DNA of 64,000 nucleotides from an uncultured Chloroflexia bacterium (GTDB taxonomy: Bacteria; Chloroflexota; Anaerolineae; Anaerolineales; UBA4823): the NCBI GenBank assembly GCA_963705155.1, contig CAVPJC010000014.1:136705-200704 (forward strand). The letters are read 5' to 3'. The position numbers and the translations under genes are program-made. How positions within the stretch are numbered: the first letter of the stretch is position 1; each line of letters starts with the position of its first letter. Positions 52,193-63,100 of this stretch are shown here, one piece after another. The notes beneath the pieces are model-generated. The model saw only the letters and a list, made by a program, of their open reading frames with translations. It did no database searches and was not told the origin of the DNA.

Positions 52193-52775
52193 ATGATCAG
52201 GCGTTCAACCTGGATTTTACTGGCAGTATTCGCCATGTTAGCAGCTGGTACGTTGATCTGGCAAAGGACGGAAAAAAAGAGCGGCGTGGACCCCACGCCG
52301 ACATCTAGACCTGCGCTTTTTGATTTTGATTCTGGATCGATTACTCAGGTGCAATTGGAGAATTCGTCACAAAGCGCAGTTTTTGAAAAACGTGCAGACG
52401 GAAGCTGGATTTTAAATAGCGATCCATCGCTGGCGATCGACAGCGATGAGATTTCTAACGGGCTGGCGGAACTGGCCGGGGTGCGCGGATTAAATGTCAT
52501 CGACGCCCCACCGCAGGATAAGCTTAACGGGTATGGATGAACCGATGCTCACACTCTCGATAACTCTTGAAAATGGACGGACAATCCATGTGGAGGTCGG
52601 AGCCAGCACAGCCATCGGGAGCGGATATTACACCCGCCTGGATGGCGGCAGACTATACGTTGTCAGCAAACCTGTTCTGGATGGCATGCTTGCCATGCTT
52701 CAAGCCCCGCCGCTTCAGACACCACAGGCGGATGCGGCGCACACACCTGCCCCCATTACAACATCTGTACCTTAA
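52193..52775 (+). CDS. DUF4340-like protein; frameshift ~52520
   Basis: N-terminal TM anchor and a G.D.P.L..VG..TAIGSGYY pattern. Occupies the usual position after GldG. Confidence 0.65.
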
Positions 52776-52807
52776 CCGTGTGTTCAGGTCAGACAGGAAA
52801 TTGGGTA

Positions 52808-52836
52808 TTGATTTTGCGTCAAAATGAGTGTATTCT
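52808..52836 (+). promoter_or_regulatory. Candidate rpoD promoter
   Basis: TTGATT, 17-bp spacer, TATTCT. The spacer region holds the ATTTTG-CGT-CAAAAT palindrome. Confidence 0.4.
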
Positions 52837-52930
52837 GAATTTATCCTGGGCAGCAGCGGGGTGAGATGCACACGGCTCTCCCTTTATACCCCGGTGGCAT
52901 GATCCAGAGAATGATCGATATGGAGTTGGA

Positions 52931-54145
52931 ATGATTGATGAAGATCTGTTAAGTGCAATCGAAGATCGGGACGAAGAACACCCTGCGATTGCGCGGTTGA
53001 TTGAATTGGGGCGGCAAAAATCGTATGTAACCATCGATGATATCCTCGGCTTCTTCCCAGAGGCCGAGACGGATGTTGATCAGCTTGAGGAAGCCTTTGC
53101 TGCATTACTCAGCGCTGGTATTGTTTATATGGATGAGCCGGTGCCGGGGGGACCAAGCGACGAAGAGTTGGCCGAAGAAGAAGTTGAGGATGACACCCGG
53201 CGTGATCTTTCGGTTGACGATAACTACCTGGCAAATATTGACACGGATGATACGATTGGTCTCTACCTGAAAGAGGTTGGGCGGGTACCACTGCTCACCG
53301 CAGTCGAAGAGGTTGAGCTTGCCCAGCGCATCGAGCAGGGCCGTTTAGCGCGAGAGGAATTGGCCAAAGGGAATGTTGGTCCCAGGCGTCGCAAGGATCT
53401 ACAAATCCTCATCGAGGATGGCTGGGCAGCGCGCGAGCATTTGATTACTGCCAATTCGCGTCTGGTCATCAGTGTAGCCAAGAAATACATGGGCCGGGGC
53501 GTACCTTTTTTGGATTTGATCCAGGAAGGCAACATCGGTTTGATACGGGCAGCCAAGAAATTTGATTACCGGCGCGGGCATAAATTCAGCACCTATGCCA
53601 CCTGGTGGATTTGCCAGGCTGTGACACGCGCTATAGCAGATCAAGGACGCACGATCCGCGTGCCTGTCCACATGGGCGACCAGATCAACAAACTCCTGCG
53701 GGTTCAGCATCAGCTAACTCAACGCCTGGGGCGCGACCCATCGGTTGAAGAGCTTGCCGGAGCATTGGATGTGACCCCTCAAAAAGTGGAGAACATGATC
53801 CAGGTTGCGCGCCGGCCGTTATCGCTAGAAACACCGACCGATGATGAAGAAGATTCAGTTCTGGGTGATTTTATACAGGACGAGGAAGTTCCTGCACCGG
53901 ATGAGACCGCCACTTACAATCTCTTGCGCGAACATCTGGATAATGTGCTGAATGGTCTGCCGCCTCGCGAAGTACGCATATTACAGCTGCGCTATGGCCT
54001 GCTGGATGGGCAGGCTTACACGTTGGAAGAAGTGGGGCGCAAGATGGGTGTTACGCGTGAGCGCGTGCGCCAGATTGAGGCTCAGGCTTTAAGCCGTTTG
54101 CGACACCCGGCCATACGCAGGAAACTGCGCGAGTATCTTGGTTGA
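52931..54145 (+). CDS. rpoD: Primary RNA polymerase sigma factor
   Basis: Region 1.1, [31 protein letters not shown] and [16 protein letters not shown] motifs. Confidence 0.95.
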   Translation: MIDEDLLSAIEDRDEEHPAIARLIELGRQKSYVTIDDILGFFPEAETDVDQLEEAFAALLSAGIVYMDEPVPGGPSDEELAEEEVEDDTRRDLSVDDNYLANIDTDDTIGLYLKEVGRVPLLTAVEEVELAQRIEQGRLAREELAKGNVGPRRRKDLQILIEDGWAAREHLITANSRLVISVAKKYMGRGVPFLDLIQEGNIGLIRAAKKFDYRRGHKFSTYATWWICQAVTRAIADQGRTIRVPVHMGDQINKLLRVQHQLTQRLGRDPSVEELAGALDVTPQKVENMIQVARRPLSLETPTDDEEDSVLGDFIQDEEVPAPDETATYNLLREHLDNVLNGLPPREVRILQLRYGLLDGQAYTLEEVGRKMGVTRERVRQIEAQALSRLRHPAIRRKLREYLG

Positions 54146-54150
54146 TAAGG

Positions 54151-54180
54151 AAAACTGCGGGCGCTCAAGCCCGCAGTTTT
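54151..54180. terminator. Bidirectional intrinsic terminator
   Basis: AAAACTGCGGGC-GCTCAA-GCCCGCAGTTTT between convergent genes. Confidence 0.9.
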
Positions 54181-55789
54181 ATTTTTTCAGTCTTTCGAAG
54201 ATTAACATACCGTCACTTGTGTAGATATCGGTTGGGATTTTTTCTCTCAAGCGGTACTCCTGTTGAAAGACCGCATCTTTCAATAAACCAGCGCGCCCAT
54301 ACACCTCCATAATAACGATGAAATCTGGCTGCTGGTCCAGGATCAGATCTGGCGGTATGGCATAGTTGGTGATGTAGAGCGCTTCAGGCAGAGGGTAATA
54401 CTGTGTGGAGATTGGCGAATTCAAGCCGACAGTGTCCAGAATTGTTGCGCCGGTAAAATATCCAAGCACACCCACGTCACCGGCAGCTAATACAGGAGTG
54501 GGGTTTTGAGTGTATAGATCATTCCAGAGTGAATCCGCGGCCTGGCGGTATAGAAGCTCCAATTGGTACCATGCCATTTCCGGAGCCGGGCGTTGGATGC
54601 CATGATCGGGCTTCCATCGCCAATCGCGCAGCATGAGAAGACATGGTAGAAGCACGATAAAAACAGGAATGATCACCCCGTCTATGCGAGCGGAGCTGGT
54701 GGTGGACGATTTTTTTGCCCGTAAGGATCGAATGAGCCGCTCCAGACCAATCAAGATAAATAATATGTAAGCTGGAAGAGGGGGCGTCAAATACCAACGG
54801 AAGATGAGCGGGTTTGCGATGGAGAACGCAGCAAAGTACAACCAGGGATAGACTACGAATGGCCAGATGCGAGGATTAGAGCGGAAAGCATACCAGGCGC
54901 CAATCAGGTACAGAGTGGGGTACAAGAACAGACCAACCACAATCGCTGGAACGCCAAAGGTCAAATTATCCATAAATGGGGTTGCGTAGTGTTGTAGCAA
55001 CCGGATAAATGCTGCATCTGAAGGTAAGCGATATGCAAGGCTTTTAGCTGCTATCGAATGAGGAAGGGGACTGCCAAAATAACAGGTTGAAAACAGGATC
55101 CAGGTCAGAGTCGGAACGATAAAGGCCAGGATTTCATTCCTAACCGAATTGGGTTTCGCATTTTGGACGGAGGCGTTGTTGTGTGTCTTACCTCGAATAT
55201 TCCGGGTCAGACTCCACAGCCAATCCACACCCAGAGGACCCAGTAAGATCAATGCGTCTGGACGAGTCAGTAAGGCGAGAGCACCCAGGAAGGCGGTCAA
55301 AACTCTTTTACCACCCAGGTACGCGCCCATAAGGCCAACCAGCAAAAGGATGTATACGCTGGTTTCGAGCCCACCAATTGCAAAGGTTACACTGAACGGC
55401 GCAACAGCCCATGCGAGGCCAGCCGCAGCCCCTGCCAACGGGGAATTGAAACGCTTGCCTAAAAACAGCAGTAGCAAACAGGTGACGCCATCGGCAAGCG
55501 CATTTACCAGCAGCGCAATCTGTGGGAATGGAGCCTGGGCGCCGCCATTCAGGCTGGCAATTATGGTTAACAGAATTGTATAGAGCGGCGTGGTGGTGCC
55601 TAAAACGTGCTCTCCAGGGTTGTATGTGAAGCCGTTCCCGGCTAAAATGTTACGTGCATACCGGAAGGTGATGTAGGAATCGTCGATCGTCCGAGGACCT
55701 GGCAAGAGCCGCGCCGTGATTGCCAGGACGACGACGATTATTGGAAATACGTAAGTTAATTTGAGATAGCGCCTAAAGCGTAATTTCAC
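54179..55789 (-). CDS. GT-C fold membrane glycosyltransferase (DDxYI/AftB-like)
   Basis: IDDSYITFRYARN, GTTTPLY, GLET, RPDA and DVGVLGY..DTVGLN motifs. Confidence 0.78.
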   Translation of the reverse strand: MKLRFRRYLKLTYVFPIIVVVLAITARLLPGPRTIDDSYITFRYARNILAGNGFTYNPGEHVLGTTTPLYTILLTIIASLNGGAQAPFPQIALLVNALADGVTCLLLLFLGKRFNSPLAGAAAGLAWAVAPFSVTFAIGGLETSVYILLLVGLMGAYLGGKRVLTAFLGALALLTRPDALILLGPLGVDWLWSLTRNIRGKTHNNASVQNAKPNSVRNEILAFIVPTLTWILFSTCYFGSPLPHSIAAKSLAYRLPSDAAFIRLLQHYATPFMDNLTFGVPAIVVGLFLYPTLYLIGAWYAFRSNPRIWPFVVYPWLYFAAFSIANPLIFRWYLTPPLPAYILFILIGLERLIRSLRAKKSSTTSSARIDGVIIPVFIVLLPCLLMLRDWRWKPDHGIQRPAPEMAWYQLELLYRQAADSLWNDLYTQNPTPVLAAGDVGVLGYFTGATILDTVGLNSPISTQYYPLPEALYITNYAIPPDLILDQQPDFIVIMEVYGRAGLLKDAVFQQEYRLREKIPTDIYTSDGMLIFERLKK

Positions 55790-55810
55790 GTCTCGAATTA
55801 TATACTTGTT

Positions 55811-57479
55811 TTGGGGCCATCAAGCCTGATGCGAGATTCCAAATTTGCAATGCGAACAGCCCTGCTAATCCTGGCGGCCGTGGTGGTGGCGATGTCTGTG
55901 AAGGCCTGGCTGCAAATCTCGGAGTCCATCCCATTTAATGCTGACGAGGCTGTGGTAGCACTAATGGCGCGCCACATCCTTCAGGGGGAGCGCCCAACGT
56001 TTTTTTATGGTCAGGCATATATGGGCAGCCTGGACGCCTGGTTAATCGCCGGTGCTTTCAATGCGCTGGGTCAAGAGGTGTGGGTTATCCGCCTGGTGCA
56101 GAGCTTGCTGTATGCAGGGACGATGTTGACAACCGCCTGGCTGGGCAAGCTTGTCTTTGAATCCTGGACCGATGGAATCATTGCTGCCTGGCTGATGGCG
56201 ATACCGGCAGTCAATGTTACGCTGTACACAACCGCTACTCTGGGCGGATATGGCGAAGCTTTACTGATCGGTAATATCATCCTGTGTTTGGCAATCCTAC
56301 TGGTGCGCGAGTCGCCTCACTTGAATCTATCGAGAGCCATGCTCTGGTTGGTGTGGGGCTTTCTCATTGGGCTTGGCCTGTGGGCTTTTGGGCTGACGCT
56401 GGTTTACAGTCTGCCGGCTGGAGTGTACGTGCTCATCTCGCTCAGGAACAGGAAGGATGCCGAATCCCACCTACAAAGTGATGACCAGGCAGTGGATTGG
56501 TGCAATTCTGACTGCCGGAGTAGGTTTCCTGCTGGGATCGATGCCATGGTGGAACTATGCCCTCGCACATGGCTTCGAGCATCTGCTGGGTGAGCTGGGT
56601 GGAGGTGCGATTGCCGGGGTAGAGGGGCTGCCTTTCTGGCAGCAGCTCTCACAGCATTTGGTAAGTTTACTTCTGCTGGGGAGCACAGTGATTTTTGGTA
56701 TGAGGCCGCCCTGGGGCATTGAATGGCTGGGTTTACCTTTACTGCCGGTGATCCTCTTTTTCTGGATGGCTGTACTGCTGAACACAGGGCGCAAAATGGT
56801 AAAAGGGAACCTCAGCGCCGAGAAGTGGCTGTTGTCTGGAGTTTGCGTGGTGCTGGTGGGTGGTTTTGTATTTTCTCCGTTCGGCGCTGATCCTTCCGGG
56901 AGGTATTTTCTACCTCTGACAGTTCCATTGATGTTATTTGCCTCCGACCTTGTAGTAAAAGTGCGCGCCCGTTTCGGGGGTTGGTCGTGGAGCCTGGCGT
57001 GTGTTGTTATCTTTTATCACATCTGGGGAACCTTGCAATGTGTCTCCGTTCTGCCTCCGGGAATTACGACCCAATTCAATCCGGTGACACAAGTAGATCA
57101 GAGTTACCTGCCGGAGTTGATTGAGTTCTTAAGTGAACAGGGTGAGATGCGCGGTCATACAAATTACTGGGTAGCCTATCCGTTGGCCTTCCTATCTGAT
57201 GAGCGGCTCGTGTTTACACCAGACCTGCCATATCACCGCGATTTTCGTTATACCCCACGGGATAACCGTTACCCAGCGTACAATGAAATCGTGGCCGAAT
57301 CCCCCCGGACGGCCTGGATTACAACAAATCATCCAGAATTGGATGCCTACCTGCGCGACCAGTTTTCTGAGCGAGCTCTCGAATGGGAGGAAACCAAGAT
57401 TGGTAACTTTCAGGTATTTTACAATCTGTCAAAGCGAGTGAGTGCAGCTGAATTGGGATTAGGGATTGCCGCGCCATGA
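55811..57479 (+). CDS. GT-C fold (ArnT/GT39-like) membrane glycosyltransferase; frameshift ~56460
   Basis: NADEAVVALMARHI, FFYGQAYMGSL and GRYFLP motifs. Many TM helices. Confidence 0.75.
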
Positions 57480-57516
57480 GAGGCATTATACTTGTGAAGA
57501 TGGCGATGGAGACGGC

Positions 57517-59001
57517 TTGTTGACAACAAAACGCCTGGTAATTTGGATCACGTTCCTGGCTGTGTTTGCCATGGCGGCCCGCATCTCGGTTGATACGGAT
57601 ACCTGGTGGCATTTACGTTCGGGTCAATGGATCGTAGAAAATCAACGCCTTCCATACACAGATCCTTTCTCGTACACCCGTGCAGGTCAGTCCTGGGAAT
57701 ACCCCGGTTGGTTGGTACAAATCCCCATGTATGTGGTATTCAGGATCGCCGGACCGGGTGGATTGAATTTACTTACTGCGCTGCTGGTGACACTGGCTTA
57801 TTTTTTTATCTGGCGCACCCTGAATGGAGGGGTCTTCCTGAAAGCGATTGCAGTTGTGATGGCAGCGGCAGCCTCGGGTGTGTATTGGGCGGCGCGCCCG
57901 TACATGTTGACATTTGTGCTCTCAGCGATTTTTATCTGGATATTGGAGAACGAACGGCAAAAAAATGCAATTTCATTCCGTGGAGGAATTTTTTGGCTGC
58001 CCTTGCTCATGGTGATCTGGGCTAACGGTCATGGTGGATTTGCGGTAGGGTTTTTAATATGGGGGGTTTATTGGAGTTCAATGCTCATCCAGTGGGGGCT
58101 TAATCAGTACACGAACAGACAAACAGAGAATGAAGGCAATGGGTTTGAACAAACAAGCCACCTGAAACGTATGACCTGGATCGGAGCGTTGATGATTGTG
58201 GGTGTGTGTCTCAATCCATACGGTCCCCAGATGCTGCTGTACCCGTTTAAGACGGTCAGTATAGGCGCGCTGAAGGATTACATCCAGGAATGGCAGTCTC
58301 CAAACTTTCACAATATCCAGGTGCAGCCTTTTGCCTGGCTGTTGCTCGCGTTGCTTGGCGTTGTGGGGGCGGCAAGACGGCGGATGCTTTTCACTGATTT
58401 CGCCCTGGCAGCGGGTTTTGCCTATATGGGTCTCTTGGCAGGGCGGAATATTGCGCTTTTTGGCCTGGTCGCACCGATGGTCATTACGCGGCATGCGGCC
58501 CCACTCAGCGTCGCGCTGACACGCAAGATGGGATTGCCTGAATTATTCCAGGGCGCGGTCACGCCGCGCTCTGCGCGTCTGAATGTTCTGCTGCTCATGG
58601 TCATCCTGCTGGCAGTCGTGGCAAAACTCAGTCTCATTTATCCGGAGCAGGCTAACCGGGAGGTATTTGAGACCCAACTGCCTGTTGGAGCGGTGGCTTA
58701 CCTGAGAGAAAATCTACCGAACGGCCGGTTATTCAATTCGTATAACTGGGGCGGATATCTGCTCTGGGCGTTGCCGGAGTATCCCGTATTTATCGATGGA
58801 CGTACTGATCTATACAACGATGCGGTCATCACCACCTGGCTAAAAGTTATGCGTGCTGAAAACGGCTGGGTCGAAATATTGAACGAATGGGATGTGAATC
58901 TCATCCTGGTTGAGCCGGATACACCTTTGGTGGGCGCGTTGAAACCGGAAGGTTGGTCAATCCTTTATGCGGACGATCAATCCGTCTTATTTGGGAGATA
59001 A
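57517..59001 (+). CDS. Multi-pass membrane protein, probable GT-C glycosyltransferase
   Basis: DTDTWWHLRSGQWI, DPFSYT, WANGHGGF, NPYG and FNSYNWGGYL..FIDGRTD motifs. Confidence 0.72.
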   Translation: MLTTKRLVIWITFLAVFAMAARISVDTDTWWHLRSGQWIVENQRLPYTDPFSYTRAGQSWEYPGWLVQIPMYVVFRIAGPGGLNLLTALLVTLAYFFIWRTLNGGVFLKAIAVVMAAAASGVYWAARPYMLTFVLSAIFIWILENERQKNAISFRGGIFWLPLLMVIWANGHGGFAVGFLIWGVYWSSMLIQWGLNQYTNRQTENEGNGFEQTSHLKRMTWIGALMIVGVCLNPYGPQMLLYPFKTVSIGALKDYIQEWQSPNFHNIQVQPFAWLLLALLGVVGAARRRMLFTDFALAAGFAYMGLLAGRNIALFGLVAPMVITRHAAPLSVALTRKMGLPELFQGAVTPRSARLNVLLLMVILLAVVAKLSLIYPEQANREVFETQLPVGAVAYLRENLPNGRLFNSYNWGGYLLWALPEYPVFIDGRTDLYNDAVITTWLKVMRAENGWVEILNEWDVNLILVEPDTPLVGALKPEGWSILYADDQSVLFGR

Positions 59002-59005
59002 CACA

Positions 59006-60034
59006 ATGGATGCGACGATTTCTGATGAAAAGTTGGCTGTTCACAAAAACCGCATCCTAATCACTGGTGGAGCTGGATTTATCGGATCTCATCTGGCAGA
59101 AGAGATGCTGTCGCGCGGCCACAAGGTCACGGTGATCGACAACCTGTCCACAGGTCGATTTGAAAATATCCAACATCTGGTTGACCACCCCAGTTTTCGG
59201 TTTGCGATCGACAGTATAACCAACGAAGTGGTAATGGATCGCCTCGCCAGTGAATGTGATGTCATCATTCACCTGGCGGCTGCGGTGGGCGTGATGTTGA
59301 TTGTAGATCATCCGGTGCAAACGATTGAGACCAACGTGATGGGGACAGAGGCGGTGCTCAAAGCGGCATTGCGCTACCGGGCTAAAGTGTTGATCGCTTC
59401 AACTTCTGAAGTATATGGGAAAGGCAACCATATGCCATTTCGTGAAGATGATGACGTAGTTCTGGGGCCTACTTGCCGCAGTCGATGGTCGTACGCAGCC
59501 TCGAAAATGGTGGATGAGTTCCTTGCACTGGCTTACCACCGGGAAAAAGGTTTGCCGGTGATTGTCTTTCGGTTATTCAATACCGTGGGGCCCCGTCAAA
59601 GTGGACGTTATGGAATGGTCATACCAAGATTTGTCCAACAGGCGTTGCAAAACACCCCGTTGACTGTTTATGGAGATGGTAAGCAATCCCGCTGTTTTCT
59701 GCATGTGAAGGATGCCGTTGAAGCGATCGTTGGGCTGATCCAGTCGCCTGAAGCGGTGGGAGAGGTATTCAATGTAGGTTCGACAGAAGAAGTTAGCATA
59801 AGCCAATTAGCAGAGAAGGTGCAGGAATTTGTGAATAAGGAAAACCCAGAACGGCCCGGGATCGTCTACACGCCATACGACCAGGCATACGCGGTAGGTT
59901 TTGAAGATATGCAACGGCGGGTGCCGGATATATCACGGGTACATGCTCTAACGGGTTGGCAGCCCAGACGGTCGCTGGATGAAATTTTGCACGATGTGAT
60001 TGCCGGTGAAAAAGCGGTGACTGAGATGAATTGA
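59006..60034 (+). CDS. NAD-dependent nucleotide-sugar epimerase/dehydratase (UDP-GlcA decarboxylase-like)
   Basis: TGGAGFIGSH, ASTSEVYGK, YAASK and RLFNTVGPRQ motifs. Confidence 0.92.
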   Translation: MDATISDEKLAVHKNRILITGGAGFIGSHLAEEMLSRGHKVTVIDNLSTGRFENIQHLVDHPSFRFAIDSITNEVVMDRLASECDVIIHLAAAVGVMLIVDHPVQTIETNVMGTEAVLKAALRYRAKVLIASTSEVYGKGNHMPFREDDDVVLGPTCRSRWSYAASKMVDEFLALAYHREKGLPVIVFRLFNTVGPRQSGRYGMVIPRFVQQALQNTPLTVYGDGKQSRCFLHVKDAVEAIVGLIQSPEAVGEVFNVGSTEEVSISQLAEKVQEFVNKENPERPGIVYTPYDQAYAVGFEDMQRRVPDISRVHALTGWQPRRSLDEILHDVIAGEKAVTEMN

Positions 60035-60074
60035 AAAAAAAGGTCTGCAAATCTCTCGTTGCAGACCTCTTTCT
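60034..60074. terminator. Bidirectional intrinsic terminator
   Basis: A-run, AGGTCTGCAA/TTGCAGACCT stem, then a T-rich tail, between convergent genes. Confidence 0.85.
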
Positions 60075-60102
60075 TTAATCTTTGGCCTAGCCTGGTGAAC
60101 GG

Positions 60103-63100
60103 TTACTGCCCGAGAACTAAAGGCAGCATCAGACGAGTCCAGCCGGCTAGTGGGTCCACGATGATCGTTGCATCGCTGGGGGGACCCAGGATATTGTCGC
60201 CATCCAGGATAGAGACCCGCCAGTAATAAGTTCTCCCGGTTGGGAAAACGCGCGTGGGCGTGTAGCGCGTGCTGTTGGTTGTGACCGTTAAGTACATGGG
60301 TGAAAATGCCGGGTATTGTGATATTTCAAGCTTGTAGGCCGCCGCGCCAAGAACATATGGTGTTACGAGATCAGATGCAGTCCAGGTAAATGTTGGTGTA
60401 GTAGCGGAAATTGAGCCGCTCAAGGGTGATTTCGGAACGGCGTACGGATATTGCTTGGTAAATTGGGCAGCCGGGCTGTTATTGCCAATTCGTCCCTGGC
60501 CATCATACATTGCAACCCGCCAGTAGTATTTTCCATCGGCATAACCATCTGTGGGCGTCCAGCAAGATTGTTCCGTCGTCACGGTGTCGTAGATATCCGA
60601 GAAGGTTGGATCTCCCCGGCTCACCTGAACTCGATATTCGCTGGCTGCCAGAACAGGCACGCCTGCCTGGCTGACGACCAAAGGTGTCCAGCACAAAGTA
60701 GGCGATGTACTGATCACGTGTTGTTCATTTGGATCATCTGGCGTAAGCCCTTGAACGAGGGGCAGTGCAAGTGTAAAGGTAGCGGGAGCGCTCCATTCAT
60801 TGAGGACGCTACCGTACCGGCGGGCGCGTACACGCCAGTAATAAAAGCCGTTTGCCAGTGTGCCCAGTGACGTGTATGAGTTTTGTAGTCGTATTGGCGC
60901 TTAGATCGGAGGTGGCAAAGTTCGGATCTGTATCTACCTGAATGTCGTAGGTATCCGCCCCTTCCACGATATTCCAGGAAAAGGTAGGTGTGGCAAAGGT
61001 GACAGACTGCTGAAGGTTTTCGGGTATGAATCCACGGCGTTCAAAACGGGAGGGCTGGGACCAGACGCCAAAATACGCACCATCGTCATCCAGATAGCGG
61101 GGTCGTATTCGCCAGTAATAAGTGTTATCGCCTTCCAGGTCTGAAGGCCAATGGTGCACGGTAGAAGCATAGTATTCACCGGTGGATGTTTGTTGATAAG
61201 TACCGGGGGCCGTACCTGTGAACAGGGGGTCCAAATTGACTTCTATGTTACCGCCGGCCCAAGGAGCAGTGCCATTCGATCCGGTTGGGTTCTCCCAGAA
61301 AAATGGCGGGAAGGATGAATAGGTGCGCGGATCGTTCTCAACATTGTTGGGAGGAGTGATCGTCATCATGCGTTCAGACACGCTGGAAAAACGGCTGACA
61401 GGCTGCCCACCTGGAATTCCGGGGTCCGAGGGGACTGAGTATTGTGGATTGCCTCCTGAAGCGGGCAGGCTCATCAGGGAAAGTGCATAGCTGTTGCCGG
61501 TCAGGTTGACGCCGATGGCGGTATTGGGTACTTTGATTTCCACATAACCGGGGTTGTTATATAACGCCCCACCGACCGAGCTCAAAAGCTGTGGCGTGTT
61601 CCAAGCGGTGCCGTTCCAGCTGTAGATGACGACCTGGTTGGCGGCAAAAATGCCACCGCGCTCGAAAATATAGATGGCATATTCGGGCCGGTGGGCCGGG
61701 ATGGTGCTGATGTTGAAGGAGCGCGCATCAAAGGTTGCCCCAACGTTATCCAAATGATCTGTATCCAGGTAAAGGGTGTAGGTAATGTTGGTGGTTGTCG
61801 GGGTTGCATCGAAACCGAAATACCAGTTTAAGGTATCCTGTGAGGCATAGAGTTTGGTGACATCATAGTCGGTTATGCCCGGTTCATCAGGATCGGAAGC
61901 GATTTGTAAATGGTTAGATGCGCTGCCAAGCGTCCGTTCCCGGTATATCAGACTCTGAGAAGCTACCTGAAAACGCCAGGGTGCGCTAAATTCACCCAGT
62001 GGATTGCCTCCGGCGAGACCGCGCACTCTCCAGTAGTAGGTGCCGTAATCCAGGCGGTTCAATAGATCTCGTTGGGCAAGCATCGTGGTGGGAGAATATG
62101 CCGGGTAAACCACGTTATCAGAAATGACGGTGCTCCCAAAATTCGGATCCCTGCTGACCTGGACATTGTATGAGTTTGCGCCTTGCATGGGCCACCACTC
62201 AAAAAGCGGGGTTGCCTCCACGTGCTCTGAGGCTCTGACCGGGCGAATAAGAACAGGAGACGTTCCTGCCGTGGGGGTGAGCATTTGCGAAACATCGATG
62301 CGCGTTCGCCATATTTGACTCCACCATGGCACCGGGATGGGGTCGCCGGTCATCAAGCAGCTGCCGCCCAGGGCGTTCAGCGGGCAAACACGCCAAAAGT
62401 AGTCTGTGTCTGGTGAGGCGGGTGTAAAGGGGTTGGCCGCTGTTGGCGCAGCGGAGATGTTTTCTGTGTCAACGCTCCAATTTACACTGTTAAAGAGTGG
62501 GTCATCATCCACTTGAAGGCGATAAGCCGGGGCATACGCTCCTCCCGTGAAAGGCGGCACTGTTACGCGTTGCCAGAGGAAGATGGGTTGAGGGATTGTC
62601 CGGTCTTCGTGAGGGCTCATTACGATGTCATCATCGGGAGGCGGGTAGGTGGAAGGAGGGTAGTAGTAGAGCGGATAGATTTGCTGTGGTGCGACAAAAT
62701 TCTGACTGCTGATATAGGAAAATACATTGCTGACAACCCCCTTATGGTTGTTTTTATCGTAAGGCGTAACCCGCCAATATGTGATGTGATCAGCCCCTGA
62801 ATAGTCTTTTGGCATATAAAATGGATTGGATGTGGTTTCAGTATCCGCACCGACAAAATCATTGTCTCCATCCAGCTCGATCTTATAATAGCTTGCCCCG
62901 GGAACAGGCGTCCAGCTAAAAAACGGAAAACGTTGGTGCTGGTAAAGATTTACCGGGGTCAGGAGCACTGGCTGGATGTACCATTGTTTTTTAAATGTCC
63001 ATACAGGGCTCCAATCCGTGATGGAGCTGCCGGAATGAGCACGCACGCGCCAGTAATAATTAATATCGTTCGCCAGAGTTGTCAGGGGAGTATAGGTTGT

